DNA of 63,166 bases, counting the filler, from Chrysochromulina tobinii (Eukaryota), in NCBI GenBank assembly GCA_001275005.1. It is 9 parts of 9 records of this genome, joined end to end, with 100 filler letters (N's around TTAATTAATTAA, not from the genome) between each part and the next. Parts side by side here need not be neighbours in the genome. Positions count along the whole stretch, not along the records: positions 55,686 to 61,521 come from JWZX01000873.1; positions 61,622 to 63,166 come from JWZX01000876.1; 7 more parts are not named here. One strand, given 5' to 3'. Within the stretch, counting starts at the first letter, position 1. Each line of letters begins with the position of its first letter. Under the pieces are notes generated by a model. The model worked only from the letters and a program-made list of their open reading frames with translations. It did no database searches and was not told the origin of the DNA. Position numbers and translations under genes: made by a program. Shown here piece after piece: positions 57,626-63,166 of the stretch.

Positions 57626-60424
57626 CTAGTAACCACCTGAGCGGGCGGCGCGCCCTCCACCTCCATACGGACTGTACCCCCCGCCACGCCCACCGCCGCC
57701 GCCTCCCCCACCTCCATACGGACTGTACCCCCCGCCCCCGCCACGCCCACCGCCACCGCCTCCGTCTCCGCCAAACCGGCGTGCACGCCCCCTGTCGCCG
57801 CCGCCGCCGCCGCCGCCGCCGCCCCGTCCGCGTCCGCCGCCGCGCCGGCCGCCACCGCCGCCCCGGTTGGGCACCATGTCCGCGAGCCACTCGGGCACCT
57901 CTTGCTTCGAGGCGGCGAGCATCTGCGTGAGCTCGCGCGCGAGGTTGCGGTTCGCGCCAGTGATCATCGTCGTGGCAATGCCCAGGTGGCCCGCGCGCCC
58001 GGTCCGTCCAATGCGATGCGTATAGTCCTCAATCTCATCAGGGGCGTCGTAGTTGATCACGTGCGTCACCTCGGGCACATCGATGCCGCGGCCGAGCACG
58101 TCAGTGCCGATGATCACTTCGATCCGGCCCGCCTTGAAATCGCCCAGGGCGCGCTCGCGCTCGCGCTGATCCTTATCGCCGTGCACCGACGCGGACGGGT
58201 GCCCGAGAGCATTCAAATCGTACTCAAGGTTGTCCGCCTCGCGCTTCGTATTGACGAAGACGATCGTCTTGCCGGGCACCTCGCGAAGGAGCTCGGCGGT
58301 TTTGTCCGTCTTGTCGCGCCCCTCGACGCGGATGACGCGCTGCGTGACGCTCGTGGCGGCGCCGCCCACGCGCCCCACTTTGAGCATCAGCGGGTCCACG
58401 AGGAACGAGTCGGCGATGGCACGGACCGCCTTCGGAAACGTGGCCGAGAACATGAGCGTCTGCCGGCCGATGCTCACGCCGCCGCCGACGGCCTCGTCGC
58501 CATCGTCGTTGTCGCCAAAGCCATCCTCCTCCTCCACGCGGCCGCGGCCCTGGCTGCTGCGGGCGCCGCCCTCACGCCCACTCGAAGGCATGTCCGCCTC
58601 CTCCACTAGCGATCGAATCTGCGGCTCAAAGCCCATATCGAGCATCCGATCGGCCTCATCAAGGACGAGGACCTCGACGTTGCGCAGCGAGACGCGCTCG
58701 CGGCTCACCTGATGAAGAATGCAATCAGAGGTCATCAGAGGTCATCAAAGGTCATCAGAGGCCATCAGGCGCTCGCGGCGAACCTGATGAGGGAGGCAAT
58801 CATCATGCAATCAGCATGCAATCAGCATGCAATCAGGGTCGAGGATTTGAAGACGCGCTCGCTGCTCACCATGTCGTTGACGCGACCGGGCGTCCCGATG
58901 AGCACGTCGCATCCGCGCTCGAGCTCGCGCATCTGGGAGCCAAAGGGGGTGCCGCCGTACGCGAGCCCGATCCGCAGCCCGGTGCGGAAGGCAAACTTTT
59001 CGCTCTCAGCCGCAATCTGCTGAGCGAGCTCGCGCGTCGGAGCGAGCACAAGCGCACGGATCGCGACCGGATCCCCATACCCGCGGGGGCGAACTCGGGG
59101 AGCCCGCGCCCGCCGCCGTACGAACCGCCACCGCCGCCGCCCACCGCGCCTCGTAGCCGCCGCCGCCGCGCCCGCGCCCGCCGCCGCCGTCGCCAGAGGC
59201 CTCGTCCCTCTCGACGCGCACGGGGGTGCGCACCTCGAGGAGGCGCTTGAGGATGGGCAGCATGAACGCGAGCGTCTTGCCGGAGCCCGTCTGCGCCACC
59301 GAGATCACATCGAGACCTGCGAGGGCGACCGGCATCGAATGCGACTGGACCGGCGTCGGCTGCGCAAAGCCGGCGAAGCCCAGGTTGCGACGCAGCACGC
59401 GGCCGCACGCGAGGTCGTCAAAGTGTGCGACCGGCGCCATCTCGGGCGGCAGCTCGTTCCGCAGCTTGCGTGGGAGTTCCACCTCAACAGGGATGTCTTT
59501 GGCCTTATCGCCAAAGTCGATGCCCGACGAGCGTGCGGGGCCAAAGGCCTCCCGGAAGGCCGCCTCGTCGTCCTCCATGCTCACCTCGAAGCTCTCGTCA
59601 CCTTCCAGGCCTTGCCATGCCCACGAGGCACCCCCGGGAGCGTCCCGACGCTTGCCGGCCGAGTCGGGGTGCCACGGCGGGGTGCCGCGGCCCGACGAGC
59701 GCGCGGCGGCGGCGGCGCGTGCGTCCGGGTCGGGGTTGATGGTCCCGCACTTGTAGCATCGCGTCTTGGACGCAAAGACGCTCGCGCCGCAGTTGGGGCA
59801 CGTCCAGTCTCCCGGTTTGACGTTGGCACCCTGCTCTTGCCGGCGCACGTCGCGGCGCTCCCGGGCTCCCGTGCCGCCAGCGCCGACGTAGCCTCCTCTG
59901 CCACCACCGTTGCCGTCAGCGTCCTCGTCTCCACCAAAGTCGCGGCGGCCGCGACGCCCGACGTTGCCGTACGCGTCCTCGGCCCCGCCAAATTCGCGGC
60001 GGCCGCGACGCCCGATGTTGCCGTAAGCGTCCTCGTCTCCGCTCATGTCGCGAGCTCCCGTGCCAGCACCGCCGTCGTCATCGCCCGAGCGGTATCCCGA
60101 GTCTTCTTTGCCTCCGCTGTTGCTGTACGCGAGCTCATTTGCGGCCGGGGCCTCTGCACGTGCCCCATTTGAACGCAAATGTGCCTCGAGACTCTCACGC
60201 AACTCGGCGGTCTTGCCGGTCGCACTCAGCCCGTTCGCTTTGCACATCTGTTGCAGCTCACGGTAGCTCATCAATTCCGGATCGGCGACCATGGCTGGTC
60301 GGATGGCACGTGAAGGCGCGGAGGCCCATCGGGCTTGCGGGTGCACGACGACGAATGCTGACACGTGCTGGCTGATAAGGGTGAGAAGGAGGATGATGCT
60401 CCATGGAAGTGGCATCGTCGTCAT
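57626..60424 (-). CDS. DED1/DDX3-like DEAD-box RNA helicase with signal+transit-like N-terminus, SAP domain, RanBP2 Zn finger and RGG tail
   Basis: PTPVQ, AQTGSGKT, LAPTRELA, GTPGR, LDEADRMLDMGFEPQIR, MFSAT, GRGIDVP, HRIGRTGRAG; intron 58869-58709; apparent frameshifts at ~59075-59155; WTCPNCGASVFASKTRCYKC. Confidence 0.88.
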
Positions 60425-60837
60425 CAGCAACAGGAAAAAACTCCAGATTGGAATTTTCTCCAGATTGGAATCTGGCCCTCGCCAGATTGAGATCTCCGCC
60501 GCCTTTCAAACGTGCCACTGGAAGTTACGATTCCGTTTCTCACAACACTCGGCCAGACGCGCACACCCGCAAGCCCCGAAGTGGCGTGCGCGGGTGGCGC
60601 TTACGTAAACTCAACCTCAACGACGTCGCCCCGCGGATGTGTACACAAAGAGGCGCAGAAGCGCCCCTCGGGCGCGCCGTATCGAGCAGGTTCGCGCCCG
60701 TCGGGTCCGACGCGCCCGAGACAGCGCCGACCCCGTTTAGGAAGGTCCTGTCTTCGAGTCCTGCCTAGAGCAGGTGCGCGCCCGTCGGGTACGAGGAGCC
60801 CGAGACAGCGCCGCGCCCGTTTAGGAAGGTCCTGTCT

Positions 60838-61521
60838 TCAAATCAGGTGCGCGCCCGTTGGGTACGAGGAGCCCGAGAGGATGCCTGAAGTTCCACAGAC
60901 CTGGATGGTCGAGGGGCCACCCGCGCAACCGAAGCCGTCCCCGGGGCGTGCGTCGGTGCCACAGGGCTCCTTGCCCTCGCCGAAGCGCTCGATCTTAATG
61001 TAGCCCTGCTCGCCCCACGACGCGCCCCATGAGTTGCGCACGAGCCAGTAGTCCTTGCCGCCCATCGTGCCGTAACCGACCAGTTGGACAGCGTGGTCGA
61101 TGTTGGTGTGGATGCCGGACTTTGGGTCGGAGAAGACGCCGCCCTCGTACGCCCCCCACGAGGCATCGACCGAGATCGCGATCGGGCCCGCCGTGACCAG
61201 GGCGTGCATCAGCGACGTGTAGTTGTTCGTCGGCAGCTCCACCTTGCCTGTGATCCCGATTTTCGGCGCGTGCTTGCTGTCCTCGCACGTGCCGTCGCGC
61301 CCCTTGTAAGGGTAGTCGGCCTCGGAATCGTGGCCCTTGGCCATGACGAGGTAGTCGAAGGCGAGGGGCTGCGTCGAGCCCTCGCACCCGCCGGTGCCGC
61401 CGCAGTGCTTCGGGTTGGGCGCGCAGTCGACGAGCTGTTGAGGAGCAAGGATGGGGATGGAGGCGGCCTTGCCGTCACGCGCGAGGGTCGCCATGCCGTA
61501 GGCGGACTCGACGGTCTCAGC
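60838..61521 (-). CDS. Papain-family (C1A) cysteine protease, C-terminal part; 5'-truncated
   Basis: QQLVDC, CGGTGGCEG, IDHAVQLVGYG (His), YWLVRNSWG (Asn), WGEQGYI. Confidence 0.95.
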   Translation of the reverse strand, partial: AETVESAYGMATLARDGKAASIPILAPQQLVDCAPNPKHCGGTGGCEGSTQPLAFDYLVMAKGHDSEADYPYKGRDGTCEDSKHAPKIGITGKVELPTNNYTSLMHALVTAGPIAISVDASWGAYEGGVFSDPKSGIHTNIDHAVQLVGYGTMGGKDYWLVRNSWGASWGEQGYIKIERFGEGKEPCGTDARPGDGFGCAGGPSTIQVCGTSGILSGSSYPTGAHLI

Positions 61522-61621
61522 NNNNNNNNNNNNNNNNNNNNNNNNNNNNNNNNNNNNNNNNNNNNTTAATTAATTAANNNNNNNNNNNNNNNNNNNNNNN
61601 NNNNNNNNNNNNNNNNNNNNN

Positions 61622-62715
61622 ATTCTCGACATGTTACATTTTGATGCATTTTCATGCATCCAGAAGGTCCGCTTCATGTTGATGCATTCGCCACGTGATG
61701 CATACGTGGTGTGACGCATTGTAATGCATTCTGATGCAGTTTTAATAGCTGCATCTTAGTGCATTCCGATTACGGTGCATTCATATGTATTAGTGTGCAT
61801 TTACAGTGCGTTGCATTCTACATGAGTTGCATTCAAATGCATTTGTATGCCTCCCTTTATAAGGTGCATTCTGTCGACACGTTGCATTCTGACGCACTCG
61901 CATTCTTACGCATTCTTACGCATTCAAGCGCATTCAGATGCATTCACTCACACACGCATTCACTAGTGTACGCAGATGCATTCACTCGTGTATGCTCACT
62001 CGTGTATGCATTCGATGAAGACTTGGATGACATGTAGTGGCACATGGGTGCTGTTATGGCACGCCTTATGGCACGCCCACAGCCCGTCCAGCCCATAACC
62101 GTCCATGTGAGTTTGGCCTTGAGTCCGCTCGGCTTCTCTTGTGTAAGTATGTGTCTGTGTGGTCCCTGGTGTATTCTGGTGCATTCTGACGCATTCTTGT
62201 GCATTCATGTGCATTCATGTGCATTCTTAAGCATCATGAAGCGAGTAAGATTGCGTCCCGGCGCTCATCGAAATCGGGTATTTTTCCTCCTAAGTGCACT
62301 GGAATACATAATGATGCATTCAGATGCATCACAGGTAGAATGCAGCACATTCAAAATGCACCAAGCTGAGAATGTATTGGAATGCGTTAAGATGCGGCAT
62401 GTATAGAATGCAACATACAAAGAATGCACATGAATGCATCTTGTGCAATGAATGCACGAGAATGCAACAAGCTAAGAAAATGCAACCAAAAAAGGATGCA
62501 TTCAAATGCACATGAATGCACCTTGTACCAAATGCAGCAATGAAAATGCGTATGAATGTAAGCGAATGCATCAATATCAGAATGCATCATACATGAATGC
62601 ATATAAATGCATTTATATGCAGTACCATGCAGCCGGTGAAGAATGCATCTGGATGAAATGCAATGAAAATGATAAAAATGCATCAAAATGCAGTAATATG
62701 CATTAGAATGCGTAT
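61622..62715. repeat. AT-rich array of TGCATTC motifs (left) and GAATGCA motifs (right), likely decayed transposon end or foldback
   Basis: Motif orientation switches around 62230-62320; no credible ORF; CpG-poor relative to the rest of the window. Confidence 0.75.
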
Positions 62716-63166
62716 GTTAAAAAACAACACCACTTTCGTTAAAAAACAACACATATCCCCACAGCATGAGGTCCTTCGCCCGTGTGCATATTTGGGTTGT
62801 GTTGTTGTGCTTCAGATTACTTATCACTAATGCAGTTCAAAATCAGGTGCGGTGGGGTGGCCGGCCGGGATGGTCCGGACCAGATGCACGTGGTGTGTGC
62901 ACGTGGGCCCTCACGTGACGTGTACACGTGGGTGTGTGATTCCAGAATACCTCCTCATACAATGTACCCCTTCAAGTTCAACTTGATCTTGAACTTGAAC
63001 TTGAACTTGAACTACCCCTTCGGAACAAATATTCAGTTGAAGTTGATGATGTACATGTAAACGATCTTTGAGGACTTCTAGGAAGGTCGGAGGTACCAAC
63101 CCAGAGTGACAGACCAAGTCAGAGTGTCACACTGCACGTCACACTGTGAGGTGTAGTGTGGGGGAA

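Overview
Eukaryotic, GC-rich, intron-containing DNA, most likely a haptophyte alga such as Chrysochromulina (inferred from gene content and repeat style, not proven). The window is nine contigs joined by artificial N44-TTAATTAATTAA-N44 linkers, so adjacency across linkers carries no information. About 20 spliced genes or fragments can be reconstructed, including a 16-exon peroxisomal Lon protease, a giant CUB-PA-CUB-PSI-EGF-TM-RING E3 ligase, an LVIVD-propeller/beta-helix surface protein, two PP2Cs, a carboxylesterase, organellar uL3, eS30, a DEAD-box helicase and a papain-family protease. Main discovery: a candidate intron-generating system in 7 genes on 4 contigs. A short sense-strand cassette (GATGACCTCT-type repeats, often ending ...GATTGCCTCCCTCATCAG) sits between direct duplications of exon sequence that begin with GT, so the first copy supplies the donor and the cassette the acceptor; many junctions show microhomology. 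Other highlights: a one-exon-per-blade propeller gene with hypervariable positions, a 5,075-bp hAT-like element with an 8-bp TSD carrying a non-transposase RING-like ORF, and an LTR-element 5' end. All gene models were derived by eye and need RNA-seq confirmation.
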